Origin: an uncultured Spirochaetota bacterium
GTDB lineage: Bacteria > Spirochaetota > Spirochaetia > SZUA-6 > Fen-1364
Direction of reading: 5' to 3'
DNA: 64,000 bases
Assembly: GCA_963845535.1 (NCBI GenBank)
Contig: CAWJSK010000012.1
Span: forward strand, 128,001 to 192,000
The first letter of the stretch is position 1. Each line of letters starts with the position of its first letter. Position numbers and translations under genes: made by a program. This document shows positions 40,120 to 49,576 of the stretch, piece after piece. The notes below the pieces were generated by a model, which ran no database searches, was not told where the DNA came from, and saw nothing but the letters and a program-made list of their open reading frames with translations.

Positions 40120-41022
40120 CTACCTTCGAGTATAACCCGCAATCATGGCCGCGGCGGCCCGAATCTCAGCGGTCCTTCCCGAGAAAGCGCAGAGAGAGGT
40201 CCGCAGGACGACCCTTCGGCGTTCCCGGGCGTCAGCGGAGCACGAAACGCAGGATATCACCCCCGTCCCCGGTGACTCGGGCGCGGATGGTTTCCTGTGC
40301 TGCGGCTCACCGGCACCCGGGCCGTCCTGACCCTCTCCCGGGACCTCGAATGCCTTGACCAGGAGCTGGCTTCGGCCGTCATCGTGTTCGTCGACGCAGA
40401 TGATCTTCCGCGTGAGCGGTTCCGCCCCGGCGCTTCTGTCGCTAGCGCCCCTGGCCTCGAGCGTCTCCGCGCTCCCGGGAACCTGCGTGAGGTTCCAGAG
40501 CCATACGCTGGCGGGAATTTGACGGGAAACCTCCAGAGTGGTTTCCTCGACGTACCCTGCCTGCCGCAGCCATCGAGTCCCCCACGCGTCGGAGATCTCC
40601 TGTTCCTCGAGGGATCGCAGTCGCCGCTGGATCCGGAAGCCGAGCATCGTCCCTGATTTCCACGCGTGGACCTCGCCCTTGTTCTCCATGGAGAAAACGC
40701 CTTTCTCTGCGGCGCCCTCGTAACGCCCGGGGTCCAGGGATGGTGGAGGGACGGTGTCGTGCGGGAAAAACTCCTCTCGCGGGCCGAGCCAGATCCGGTC
40801 CCCGCCGGGGTTGAGCCAGCCGTCGTCCTTGGCGCCGATTTCCAGCATGCGGAGGAAATCGGGGTTCACCCACAGCGCGTTCTCCCCCCTCCAGTGCGGC
40901 CAGACCCCGAGCACGCGCCCGTACTCCGGCAGGATCAGGACGGCGCCGTCCGCTCCGGACTCCAGCACGGTGTAGTGGATCCCCAGGCGATTCATGCTGA
41001 CCGCAAGCTCTTCAAGCCCCAC
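40120..41022 (-). CDS. Hypothetical protein (DUF6786-like, mutarotase-like beta fold)
   Basis: LPEYGRVLG, WVNP, NPGGDRIWLGP, PPSLDPG. Confidence 0.65.
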   Translation of the reverse strand: MGLEELAVSMNRLGIHYTVLESGADGAVLILPEYGRVLGVWPHWRGENALWVNPDFLRMLEIGAKDDGWLNPGGDRIWLGPREEFFPHDTVPPPSLDPGRYEGAAEKGVFSMENKGEVHAWKSGTMLGFRIQRRLRSLEEQEISDAWGTRWLRQAGYVEETTLEVSRQIPASVWLWNLTQVPGSAETLEARGASDRSAGAEPLTRKIICVDEHDDGRSQLLVKAFEVPGEGQDGPGAGEPQHRKPSAPESPGTGVISCVSCSADARERRRVVLRTSLCAFSGRTAEIRAAAAMIAGYTRR

Positions 41023-41058
41023 CCGGCTCCCTCCCCCGCGCGGCAGACCGCACCAGGG

Positions 41059-41487
41059 CTACACGTCCCTGGACATGACGAGGATCGTGGCGCGCTCCTC
41101 CCAGCCGATCCTCCTCCAGAACCGTCTGCCCTCCTCATTGTCGGCAACAACGAAAATGTGGCACTTGCGCATGCCCAGGGCTGCCAGCGCCGCGAGGGAC
41201 CGGCCCACGAGCGCCCGGCCGATCCCCTGCCCACGGGACTCCCGGGCAACGGCGCAGTGGTAAAGAAAGCCGCGACGGCCGTCGCAGCTTGCAAGCAGCG
41301 CGCCGACCAGGGAGCCGTTCGATGACAGGGCGGCAAAGCTCAATCCGGGGTTTCGCTCCAGGAAAGATCCGATGTTCTCCCGGGAATCAGCGGCGCTGAG
41401 GCCGATCCCTTCACTTGCCTGCCACAAGGCGTATGCGGCATCGTAGTCCCCCATATCGAACGCCCGTATGCGTAACTCCGTGCTCAT
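41059..41487 (-). CDS. GNAT N-acetyltransferase (YpeA-like)
   Basis: FLERNPGLSF, DGRRGFLYH, RGQGIG, FWRRIGW. Confidence 0.9.
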   Translation of the reverse strand: MSTELRIRAFDMGDYDAAYALWQASEGIGLSAADSRENIGSFLERNPGLSFAALSSNGSLVGALLASCDGRRGFLYHCAVARESRGQGIGRALVGRSLAALAALGMRKCHIFVVADNEEGRRFWRRIGWEERATILVMSRDV

Positions 41488-41534
41488 TGCGCGAACGCTA
41501 CCATGTTTGGCCGATTTTGGGGTATACCAGGGAC

Positions 41535-43076
41535 GTGGAGACAATCCTTCGGATCATGCAGGACTCCGGGCTCCCGGGCCTGGACACGAAAAAGCTGGAC
41601 GCGTTCAGGGCCGCGGGCGCGTCCGTGATAGGCGGGAGAGACGCGCGCATTTACCGACGCTCCGTCAACGCGCGTGACGGCGTCCTGTATTTCATTGGCG
41701 CCGCGAAAAGCCAGAAGAGCCTCTACATGGTCCGGGAAAAGCCGTTCGCGTCCGGGTTCGAGGGGACAACGGCCCGCATGGGCGGCTTTTCCATCCTGAA
41801 GGCCGCCCTTTCGCCGAGGAACGCCGAACGCCTTCATGAGGAGTTTCCGTTCACCATGCCCGCGTCCCTTCGGGACAGGATGACGACCATTGGATGCGGC
41901 GACCGCCTGGGGCTTGCCACTGCCGGCCACATCCGGGCGGTGGAGAAGTACGACGCCGCCCCTGTCCTTGCCCAGCAGTCCATCCGGGAGCTCACGCTCA
42001 CGGGCCGAAACTACCCCGGCGTTGTCGCGGACGTGACGTTCCTCGTTTTCCAGGAAGGCTACCGGCGAGGCTACGGCGCGGATGGCGACCATCTCAAGAC
42101 GATCACGGATATCGATGCGGCCCTGGCGGCCGGCATGCCCATGATCACCCTGGATCTGAGTGACGTCATGTCAGCCGAGCCCGCGCTCTGGAACGCCGGC
42201 CGCGTGGAGGAGCAGTTTGGGAAGCTCGGGGCTGATGTGCGGAGTCACGTGCTGGACGGCTACGCGGACAAAACGTTCCGGCAGGGAAGCTCGACAATCC
42301 GGTTCACCGCGCTGGAAGCCAGGCGCTGCGCGCTGATGTACCTTCGAGCCCTCGACTTCTCACGGGAAGCGGACAGCCATATCAGGGCCAGGCGGGGGGA
42401 CCAGTACGACCTGGAAATCAGCATCGATGAGACCACTGCTCCGACACTGCCGGAGCACCACCTCTTCATTGCGAACGAGCTTGCGCTGCGCGGAGTAAGG
42501 GTTAGCTCGCTCGCTCCACGCTTCGTCGGCGAGTTCCAGAAAGGGATCGACTACATCGGAGACCTTGGCGAGTTCGAGAAGCAGTTTGCCGTCCACTGCG
42601 ATATTGCGAAATCGCGCGGTGGCTACAAGGTTTCCATCCATTCCGGGAGCGACAAGTTCTCCGTCTATCCGGCAATCGGCCGGCATACGGGGATGCGTGT
42701 GCACCTGAAAACCGCCGGAACGAGCTGGCTCCAGGCAGTCTCCGTGATTGCCCGCGTCAACCCGCCGTTCTTTCGACAGATGGTGGACAAGGCGCTCCAG
42801 TCATTCCCGGACGCTTCCCGGCTCTACCACGTCAGCGCGGACCCCGCCGCGGTCCCTGCCGCGAGCGGTCTGTCCGACTCGGAGCTGCCCAACCTGCTCG
42901 ACGCGAAGGATTCGCGCCAGATCCTGCACATCACCTACGGCGGGCTTCTGAATGATCCCGCGACCCGCGCCGGCATCTTCGAGACCCTCGCCGCAAACGA
43001 GGACGCGCACGACGCCGCGGTGGAGGAGCACATCGAGAAGCACCTGCGCCTGCTTGGTGTGGCGCCGCGGGCTTAG
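41535..43076 (+). CDS. uxaE: Tagaturonate/fructuronate epimerase
   Basis: GDRLG, AQQSIREL, GADGDHLK, EISIDET, FQKGIDY, HSGSDKF, HLKTAGTSWL. Confidence 0.93.
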   Translation: METILRIMQDSGLPGLDTKKLDAFRAAGASVIGGRDARIYRRSVNARDGVLYFIGAAKSQKSLYMVREKPFASGFEGTTARMGGFSILKAALSPRNAERLHEEFPFTMPASLRDRMTTIGCGDRLGLATAGHIRAVEKYDAAPVLAQQSIRELTLTGRNYPGVVADVTFLVFQEGYRRGYGADGDHLKTITDIDAALAAGMPMITLDLSDVMSAEPALWNAGRVEEQFGKLGADVRSHVLDGYADKTFRQGSSTIRFTALEARRCALMYLRALDFSREADSHIRARRGDQYDLEISIDETTAPTLPEHHLFIANELALRGVRVSSLAPRFVGEFQKGIDYIGDLGEFEKQFAVHCDIAKSRGGYKVSIHSGSDKFSVYPAIGRHTGMRVHLKTAGTSWLQAVSVIARVNPPFFRQMVDKALQSFPDASRLYHVSADPAAVPAASGLSDSELPNLLDAKDSRQILHITYGGLLNDPATRAGIFETLAANEDAHDAAVEEHIEKHLRLLGVAPRA

Positions 43077-44500
43077 CCCCCTGTCTTCAAGGGGATTGCA
43101 AAGTACTCGGCGGCGTTGGCAAAGCAGATGTCCCTGACCATCCCGCCCAGGAGCTCGAAGTCCTCCGGCGCCTCTCCCCTCTCCACGGCATCCCCAAGAA
43201 AATCGCACAGGACCCGACGAAAGCATTCGTGACGGGGATACGAAAGAAAGCTGCGTGAGTCAGTGACCATCCCGACAAAGCGCGCGAGCAGGCCGATGTC
43301 GGAGAGCATCTGGAGCTGATCGCGCATCCCGTGGGGCTGATCGTTGAACCACCACGCCGGGCCGAACTGCACCTTGCCTCGTATTTTTTCCCCGGGGAAG
43401 TTCCCCGCCATCGCGGCAAGGACGCCGTTGTCCGCGGGGTTCAGGCAGTAGAGGATGGTCCGGGGCAGCATGTCGTTCGAGTCGAGCGCGTCGAGGAACC
43501 GGGCAAGAGAGGCGGCAACAGGGGAATCTCCAACCGTGTCGAAGCCGGAGTTGGGGCCAAGGCTCCGTGAGAAACGGGAGTTGATGTCCCGCAGCGCCCC
43601 GATATGAAGTTGATGGACCCATCCGGCTTCCGCGTCCATTCGCGCCAGCTCCCGGAGGATGGCGGACTTGAAAACGCCCGCGTGCGCGGCGTCAGGGGCC
43701 TTGCCTTCCCGAGCGTCGAGGAATATCGAGCGGACCTCCGACTCCGTGAAATCATCCGCAAAGGGCACCTCGATGCCGTGATCCGAGATCCTGCAACCGT
43801 GCTCGTGAAAATACCGATGTCGATTGCTCAAGGCGTCGATCAGGCTCTGCCAGTCTTTGATGGGGACGCCGGCGCTGTTGGCAAGCCTGTCCACCCAGGA
43901 GTTGAACGCAGCGGGATGCTCGATTGCCATGACGCTGTCAGGGCGAAAGGCGGGTACCACCGTCACGTCGAAGGTACGGTCAGAGCCAAGGTGCTCGTGG
44001 TATTCGAGCGAGTCGACGGGATCATCCGTGGTGCACACCACTCGGACCGACATGCGCCGCAGGAGGCCGCGCACGCTGAAGTCCTTGCGGGAAAGAAGCT
44101 CGGTGCAGGCGCTGTAGATCTCCTTCGCCGTCGCGGGGCCAAGGAGCTTTCCTGAAATCCCGAAATAGCGTTTCAGCTCGAGATGGGTCCAAAGGTACAA
44201 GGGGTTTGGAACGGTTGACGGCACGACGTCCGCCCAGGCCTTGAACTTGTCGAAATCCGACGCGCCTCCCGTGATCAGGCGCTCCGGCACGCCGCTGGCG
44301 CGCATGGCCCGCCACTTGTAGTGGTCTCCACCGAGCCAGATCTCGGTGATGCTGCCGAACTGCCGGTCCTCCGCGATGTCCTTCACCGGCAAATGGCAGT
44401 GGAAATCGAAGATCGGCATCGCCTCGGCATGATCGTGGTACAGCTCACGCGCGGCGCGGCTGCCGAGAAGGAAATCTTCATCCAGAAAATGCCCCTTCAT
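43073..44500 (-). CDS. uxaC: Uronate (glucuronate/galacturonate) isomerase
   Basis: DFHCHL, GDHYKWRAMR, NPLYLWTHLEL, CTTDDP, AWWFND, TDSRSFLSYPRH. Confidence 0.97.
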   Translation of the reverse strand: MKGHFLDEDFLLGSRAARELYHDHAEAMPIFDFHCHLPVKDIAEDRQFGSITEIWLGGDHYKWRAMRASGVPERLITGGASDFDKFKAWADVVPSTVPNPLYLWTHLELKRYFGISGKLLGPATAKEIYSACTELLSRKDFSVRGLLRRMSVRVVCTTDDPVDSLEYHEHLGSDRTFDVTVVPAFRPDSVMAIEHPAAFNSWVDRLANSAGVPIKDWQSLIDALSNRHRYFHEHGCRISDHGIEVPFADDFTESEVRSIFLDAREGKAPDAAHAGVFKSAILRELARMDAEAGWVHQLHIGALRDINSRFSRSLGPNSGFDTVGDSPVAASLARFLDALDSNDMLPRTILYCLNPADNGVLAAMAGNFPGEKIRGKVQFGPAWWFNDQPHGMRDQLQMLSDIGLLARFVGMVTDSRSFLSYPRHECFRRVLCDFLGDAVERGEAPEDFELLGGMVRDICFANAAEYFAIPLKTGG

Positions 44501-44517
44501 TATGTGCCTCCCGTCGT

Positions 44518-45591
44518 CTATTTCCCCATCGCCTGAAGCATGGCGCGCATGTAGCCGATGGCGTAGGCCATGCCGGCGTGCCACGGCGCCGAGCAGTCCA
44601 CGAGCGGTGTATGGTCCGGAATGAGAACGCCCTGATACCCGTTTCCCTTGAGGATCCGCATGACCCGCGGGACGTCGATGTCCCCCTCGTCGATGAACAC
44701 CTCATGGTAGCGGGGGATCTTCCCGCGCACGTTGCGCAGGTGTACGTACGCCAGCTTGCCCTGGGCGCTGTAATGCTCCGTGGCCTGGTAGACATCCCCC
44801 TCCGTCATCTCGGCAATCGTGCCGATGCAGAACTCCAGCGCGTTGGAGCGGCTGGGCTTGAGGTCCAGCAGCCTCTGGTACATGCCGGGCTGGTACACAA
44901 GCCGCGGCGTGCCGCGAACGGTCTGCGCCGGCGGGTCGTCCGGATGTGCCGCCAGGATCACGCCCGCCTCCTCGGCAACGGGGATCAGCTCCTCCAGGAA
45001 CCGCGCAAGCCTCCGCCACAGCTCGTCATGGCTGATGGGAGCAAGCGTCCCGGGGGCGGCATGCCGGTCATAGATCATGTTCCAGACCATGCCGACCGGC
45101 ACAGGGGTCTGGTCCACTCCGTCCACGCCCACGGAGTCAGCACCGCCCCGCGCAAAGGGACCGGTCACTCTTCCGGCCACCCCCGCGATGCTGAAGTTGT
45201 ACCCCATGATGGGGATCCCCGCGGCGCCCACGTTTCGAACAAGGCGCTTCACGTTCTCCATGTGCGCCGCGCGCAGAGGCCCGTCGAGGAGCACATCATA
45301 CCAATGCGCCGGATCGAAGTTCTCGATTGCCTCCAGCCTCAGGCCTTCGGCTTCGATCTGCCGCCGAATGTCGCGAAGCTCCTCCGCCGTCCACAGGGCA
45401 CCCGGGTCCCCCGCGATCCCCCAGCCTCCCGGGCCGCTGTCCACCGGTTGGTTGTCCGCACCCGCGGCCGGCTCAGGCTTGCGGAAATAGTCCACGAGGT
45501 GGATCACGACGTGCGAACAGCCGATCTGCCTGGCGAACCGGTAGTTGGCGGGAGTGAGCATGTGCCGATAGAGGCCGATTCCCAGGTTCAT
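44518..45591 (-). CDS. uxuA: Mannonate dehydratase
   Basis: Start MNLGIGLYRH; GYNF, PVAEEAGV, HPDDPP, HLRNV, FIDEGD, PDH, GYMRA. Confidence 0.9.
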   Translation of the reverse strand: MNLGIGLYRHMLTPANYRFARQIGCSHVVIHLVDYFRKPEPAAGADNQPVDSGPGGWGIAGDPGALWTAEELRDIRRQIEAEGLRLEAIENFDPAHWYDVLLDGPLRAAHMENVKRLVRNVGAAGIPIMGYNFSIAGVAGRVTGPFARGGADSVGVDGVDQTPVPVGMVWNMIYDRHAAPGTLAPISHDELWRRLARFLEELIPVAEEAGVILAAHPDDPPAQTVRGTPRLVYQPGMYQRLLDLKPSRSNALEFCIGTIAEMTEGDVYQATEHYSAQGKLAYVHLRNVRGKIPRYHEVFIDEGDIDVPRVMRILKGNGYQGVLIPDHTPLVDCSAPWHAGMAYAIGYMRAMLQAMGK

Positions 45592-45592
45592 G

Positions 45593-46420
45593 TCAGACGC
45601 AGTCCACGAGAAAGCCGCCATCCACCGGGACGCACGTGCCGGTGACGAAACCGGAAGCTTTGTCGCTCGCAAGGAACACCACCGCGCCCGAAAGGTCGTC
45701 CGGGTCGCCAAACCTCGCAAAAGGGGTCCGGGAAATGATGTCGCGCCCGCGCTGCGTAAGCTGCCCTGTTTTCTCGTCGACCAGAAGCGCCTTGTTCTGC
45801 TTGCCCAGGAAGAAGCCCGGCGCAACGGCGTTCACCCGTATCCCATGCGGCGCGAACTCCTTTGCGGCCGCCATCGTGAGGTTCAGGACCGCGGCCTTGG
45901 CCGCGTCGTACGCCCAGACACCGGAGAGCGGGACATAGGACGACATGGAGGCCATGTTGATGATGGATCCATGCGTTTTCGTGTCGATCCAGTGACGGCA
46001 GAACACTTTGGTCGGCACCATGAACCCCCCCACGAGGTTGAGCTTGAGGACCTCTTCGAACAGGGCGATGTCGGTGTCCAGGAACGCCGTCTTTCCTTTG
46101 TTCCCGCCAACCGCATTGACCAGGACGTCTATGACGCCGAGCCTGGGAACGGATGTCCGCAGCGCCTCCGCCATCGAGCTCTCGCTTTGGGCGTCGGCCA
46201 GCACCCAGTCCACACGATCGCCGGCATCCGCCGCCCGGCCCGCGCGCTCAGCCGCTTCCGCAAGCGAATCAGGGTGCCTGCCCCAGAGAGACACGCGCGC
46301 CCCCGCGCGCAGGAGCGCTTCGGCCATGGCGCCGGCAAGCACGCCCGCTCCCCCCGTGATGACCACGGTCCGCCCGTTCAGCCCGAATCTTTGCTCCAGG
46401 TATTCAGTGCTTTGTCCCAT
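45593..46420 (-). CDS. SDR oxidoreductase, probable D-mannonate/fructuronate reductase (UxuB-like)
   Basis: TGGAGVL, NAVGGN, YDAAK, NAVAPGFFLGKQN, TPFARFG; sits in the uxuA operon. Confidence 0.88.
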   Translation of the reverse strand: MGQSTEYLEQRFGLNGRTVVITGGAGVLAGAMAEALLRAGARVSLWGRHPDSLAEAAERAGRAADAGDRVDWVLADAQSESSMAEALRTSVPRLGVIDVLVNAVGGNKGKTAFLDTDIALFEEVLKLNLVGGFMVPTKVFCRHWIDTKTHGSIINMASMSSYVPLSGVWAYDAAKAAVLNLTMAAAKEFAPHGIRVNAVAPGFFLGKQNKALLVDEKTGQLTQRGRDIISRTPFARFGDPDDLSGAVVFLASDKASGFVTGTCVPVDGGFLVDCV

Positions 46421-46509
46421 CGCCACACCCCCTCTTGGCCGACATTGTCCGCAAAACGTTTTGCCGCGATACCCGACACGATTTTTCCCTGACGGCGGCG
46501 CGATTTTTC

Positions 46510-46557
46510 TTGACAGGAAAGTGAAGCGGGTTCACAATATCTGCCATACAAGTATGG
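46510..46557 (+). promoter_or_regulatory. GntR promoter with overlapping palindromic operator
   Basis: TTGACA-N17-CACAAT; CCATAC-AA-GTATGG (46544-46557) overlaps the start codon. Confidence 0.72.
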
Positions 46558-47264
46558 TAGCATCGGAAGGGCTGCAAGTCGAGATCCTCGAAAAAGAAAA
46601 AAACCAGCCCATCCATCAGTGGGTTTACCAGACGCTGAGAAACAGCATCATCAAGCTCATCCTTCAGCCCGCGCAGCAGATCAGTGAGAACGACGTTTCG
46701 GAAGCGCTCGGCATCAGCCGAACGCCCGTTCGGGAAGCGTTCATCAGGCTGGCGGAAGACGGCCTCATCAACATCACCCCGCAGAAGCGCTCAATCGTCT
46801 CCCTCATAGACCTGGAACAGGCGGATGAGGCGCGGTTCGTGCGTCTTGCGGTGGAGAAGGCGGTGCTCCGGGAGGCATGCGTGCGGCTTTCCCCTGCTGA
46901 TCTAGCCATCCTGGACGCCAACCTCCAGGAGGAAGAGACCTGCCGCGCGGAGAAGGCTTTCGACCGGATGCTGATCGTGGACAATGACTTCCACCGCCTC
47001 ATCTTCCGCGGCTGCGCCAAGGAAAGAAGCTGGCTTTACCTCAAGAAGCTTGATTACAACTACGACAGGTTGCGCGTCATGGTCATGCCGTTGTCCATTG
47101 ACAGGATCATTTCCGAGCATGGCAGGATCAGGGACCTCATCAGAAAAGGGAAGGCAGACCACGTGGAGGAGGTCCTTGACCACCACCTCACGTGGGAGAT
47201 CATCAATCGAGTGGTGCGGGATTACCCGCCGCAATATTTCAGGCAGGACAGGAGGGAAACATGA
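46554..47264 (+). CDS. GntR-family (FCD) transcriptional regulator
   Basis: wHTH LGISRTPVREAFIRL; DNDFH FCD motif. Confidence 0.93.
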   Translation: MVASEGLQVEILEKEKNQPIHQWVYQTLRNSIIKLILQPAQQISENDVSEALGISRTPVREAFIRLAEDGLINITPQKRSIVSLIDLEQADEARFVRLAVEKAVLREACVRLSPADLAILDANLQEEETCRAEKAFDRMLIVDNDFHRLIFRGCAKERSWLYLKKLDYNYDRLRVMVMPLSIDRIISEHGRIRDLIRKGKADHVEEVLDHHLTWEIINRVVRDYPPQYFRQDRRET

Positions 47265-48424
47265 AACGGTCTTTTCGGAACGCGGTTGTTTTCTGCGCGC
47301 TGGTCCTTGCGCCGGCGCTTCTCTTCTCCCAGGCGAGCTGGTCGGGCAAACCGGTGAAGCTCAGCATCATCGACGTGGCGGGGAACCTGAAGCTCTCAAA
47401 GCCTGCCATCGAGGCGTTCAAGGCAGCCAACCCGAGGATGATCTCCGACATCGAGTACATCATTGCAACGGCGCCCGAGCTGGTGGCGAAGATCAAGGCC
47501 CAGCAGATGGCCGGCAACCTGGACACCACCATGGTCCTCACCGGCTATGACGGGATGGCGGCGGGCAAGGAACAAGGGGTGTGGCTGCAGGTCATGCCGA
47601 AATACAAGGCGGTCTTCGAGAAGTCCATCAACTCCTACCTCCCCGGCGCCCGGGCGGCCTACAACCTGTTCGACGGATACGGGATCGCGTACGTGTTCTG
47701 TCCCGGCGGCCCAATGTTCACCTACAACCCGGATACGGTGAAGAACCCGCCCAAGACCGCGGCGGAGCTCCTGGCATGGGCGAAGGCAAACCCTGGCAAG
47801 TTCATGTATGCCAGGCCGGCGAACTCGGGCCCGGGCCGGGCTTTTCTCCAGGGGTTGCCATACATCCTTGGTGACCCGGATCCGAAAGACCCCTCCACGT
47901 GGACCAAGACCTGGGCCTACCTGAGGGAGCTGGACCAGTACATCGACTACTACCCCACGGGGACCGGCACCACGTTCAAGGAGCTGGCGGAAGGGACCCG
48001 GTGGATCGTTGCCAGCCATCTGGGTTGGGACATGAACATGCGGATCCTCGAGACCATCCCGGCAAACTTCCAGGCCTTCTTCCTCGAGAACACGACCTGG
48101 GTCAACGACACCCAGTTCATGTGCGTCCCCCTGGGACTGGACGAAAACCGTGAAAAAGCCACCATCGCGCTCATGGAATGGCTCATGCGGCCGGCTGAGC
48201 AGGCCGTCACGTATGACGACGGCTACTTCTATCCCGGACCTGCAATCCGCGGCGTCCCCCTGACCATGGCGCCCCTGGCAAGCCAGGAACGCATCAGGCC
48301 CGCCATGCGGAAAGCCTATGACGAAGCCGCGGCGAAGTTCCCCAACGCATCGCAACTGGACGCCAAGCCGCTTGTGCAGGCTTTCGACATGTGGGACAAG
48401 CTGGTCGGCTCGAAGACCAGGTAG
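47261..48424 (+). CDS. ABC substrate-binding protein (PotD-like family)
   Basis: GGAGG RBS, signal peptide, YARPANSGPG, YYPTGT, GYFYPGP. Confidence 0.88.
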   Translation: MKRSFRNAVVFCALVLAPALLFSQASWSGKPVKLSIIDVAGNLKLSKPAIEAFKAANPRMISDIEYIIATAPELVAKIKAQQMAGNLDTTMVLTGYDGMAAGKEQGVWLQVMPKYKAVFEKSINSYLPGARAAYNLFDGYGIAYVFCPGGPMFTYNPDTVKNPPKTAAELLAWAKANPGKFMYARPANSGPGRAFLQGLPYILGDPDPKDPSTWTKTWAYLRELDQYIDYYPTGTGTTFKELAEGTRWIVASHLGWDMNMRILETIPANFQAFFLENTTWVNDTQFMCVPLGLDENREKATIALMEWLMRPAEQAVTYDDGYFYPGPAIRGVPLTMAPLASQERIRPAMRKAYDEAAAKFPNASQLDAKPLVQAFDMWDKLVGSKTR

Positions 48425-48445
48425 ACGGTTCACGGGAGGCCCGCG

Positions 48446-49573
48446 GTGAAGGACTTCACCAGTTTCGTCATCAAGGACGTGACGAAAGAGTTCGACGGAA
48501 AGACCGCCCTGGCCCGGTTTTCCCTTTCCATCTCGCACGGGGAGTTCGTCACGTTCCTCGGCCCCTCGGGATGCGGGAAGTCCACGGCGCTCAACTGCAT
48601 TGCGGGCCTCCTTCCGATCTCGAGCGGGGAGATCTCCATTGACGGGGATCTCATTGATGACGGCACGCGGAAGGTGCCCGCGGAGAAGCGCGGGTTCGGC
48701 CTCGTTTTCCAGAACTACGCGCTTTTCCCGCACCTCTCCGTATTCGGGAACGTCGCTTTCGGGCTGCACATCCGCAAGCTTCCCAAGGCGGTGGTGGCCG
48801 ACAAGGTGCGCGCGGCGCTGAAGCTCGTGCACCTGGAAAGCCACGAAGCGAAGTTCCCGGCGCAGCTATCCGGCGGCGAGCAGCAGCGCGTCGCCATTGC
48901 CCGCTGCATCGTGCTGGAGCCGCGGCTTCTCATGCTGGATGAACCGCTGTCGAACCTGGACGCAAAGCTGCGCGTGGAGATGAGAAACGAGCTCCTGGCG
49001 CTCCACATCCGCCTGAAGGTGACCACGATCTACGTCACCCATGACCAGCAGGAGGCGCTCGCCCTTTCGGACCGCATCGTCGTGATGCGCCTGGGCCACA
49101 TCCAGCAGGTCGGCACGCCGCAGCAGGTGTACTCGGATCCCGCCAACCTCTTTGTCGCGGACTTCATGGGATTCAAGAACATCTGGGATGGGGAGCTGGA
49201 GTCCGTCCAGGAAAGGGCGGACGGGCTGGACGCACAGGTTGCGGTTTCCGGGATGCGCCTGCGCGCCCGCCTTCCTTACCCCTCGGGGGACCCCCGGAGG
49301 GACGCGCTCCTTGCCGCCTCACGCACGGACAGGAAAGTGACCACGGCAATCCGGCCGGAGGACATCACCGTGGGCAGGGCCCCGGACGGCTCCTGCGTGC
49401 GCGCGAAGGTGGCGCTGGTGGAGTATCAGGGGCAAGCGAGCTTCGTGACCACCCGCGCGGACAACGGGACCATCATCGAGCTGCGGCCGCCTGCGCCGGT
49501 GCGGATTGCCGACACGCTGGAGCTCGCCATTGCGCCGGAAAAGATCTTCGTGTTCGCGGGAAACGGGGGGTAG
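48446..49573 (+). CDS. ABC ATP-binding protein (PotA/MalK-like)
   Basis: GPSGCGKST, LSGGEQQR, DEPLSNLDAKLR, TOBE tail. Confidence 0.94.
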   Translation: MKDFTSFVIKDVTKEFDGKTALARFSLSISHGEFVTFLGPSGCGKSTALNCIAGLLPISSGEISIDGDLIDDGTRKVPAEKRGFGLVFQNYALFPHLSVFGNVAFGLHIRKLPKAVVADKVRAALKLVHLESHEAKFPAQLSGGEQQRVAIARCIVLEPRLLMLDEPLSNLDAKLRVEMRNELLALHIRLKVTTIYVTHDQQEALALSDRIVVMRLGHIQQVGTPQQVYSDPANLFVADFMGFKNIWDGELESVQERADGLDAQVAVSGMRLRARLPYPSGDPRRDALLAASRTDRKVTTAIRPEDITVGRAPDGSCVRAKVALVEYQGQASFVTTRADNGTIIELRPPAPVRIADTLELAIAPEKIFVFAGNGG

Positions 49574-49576
49574 GTC

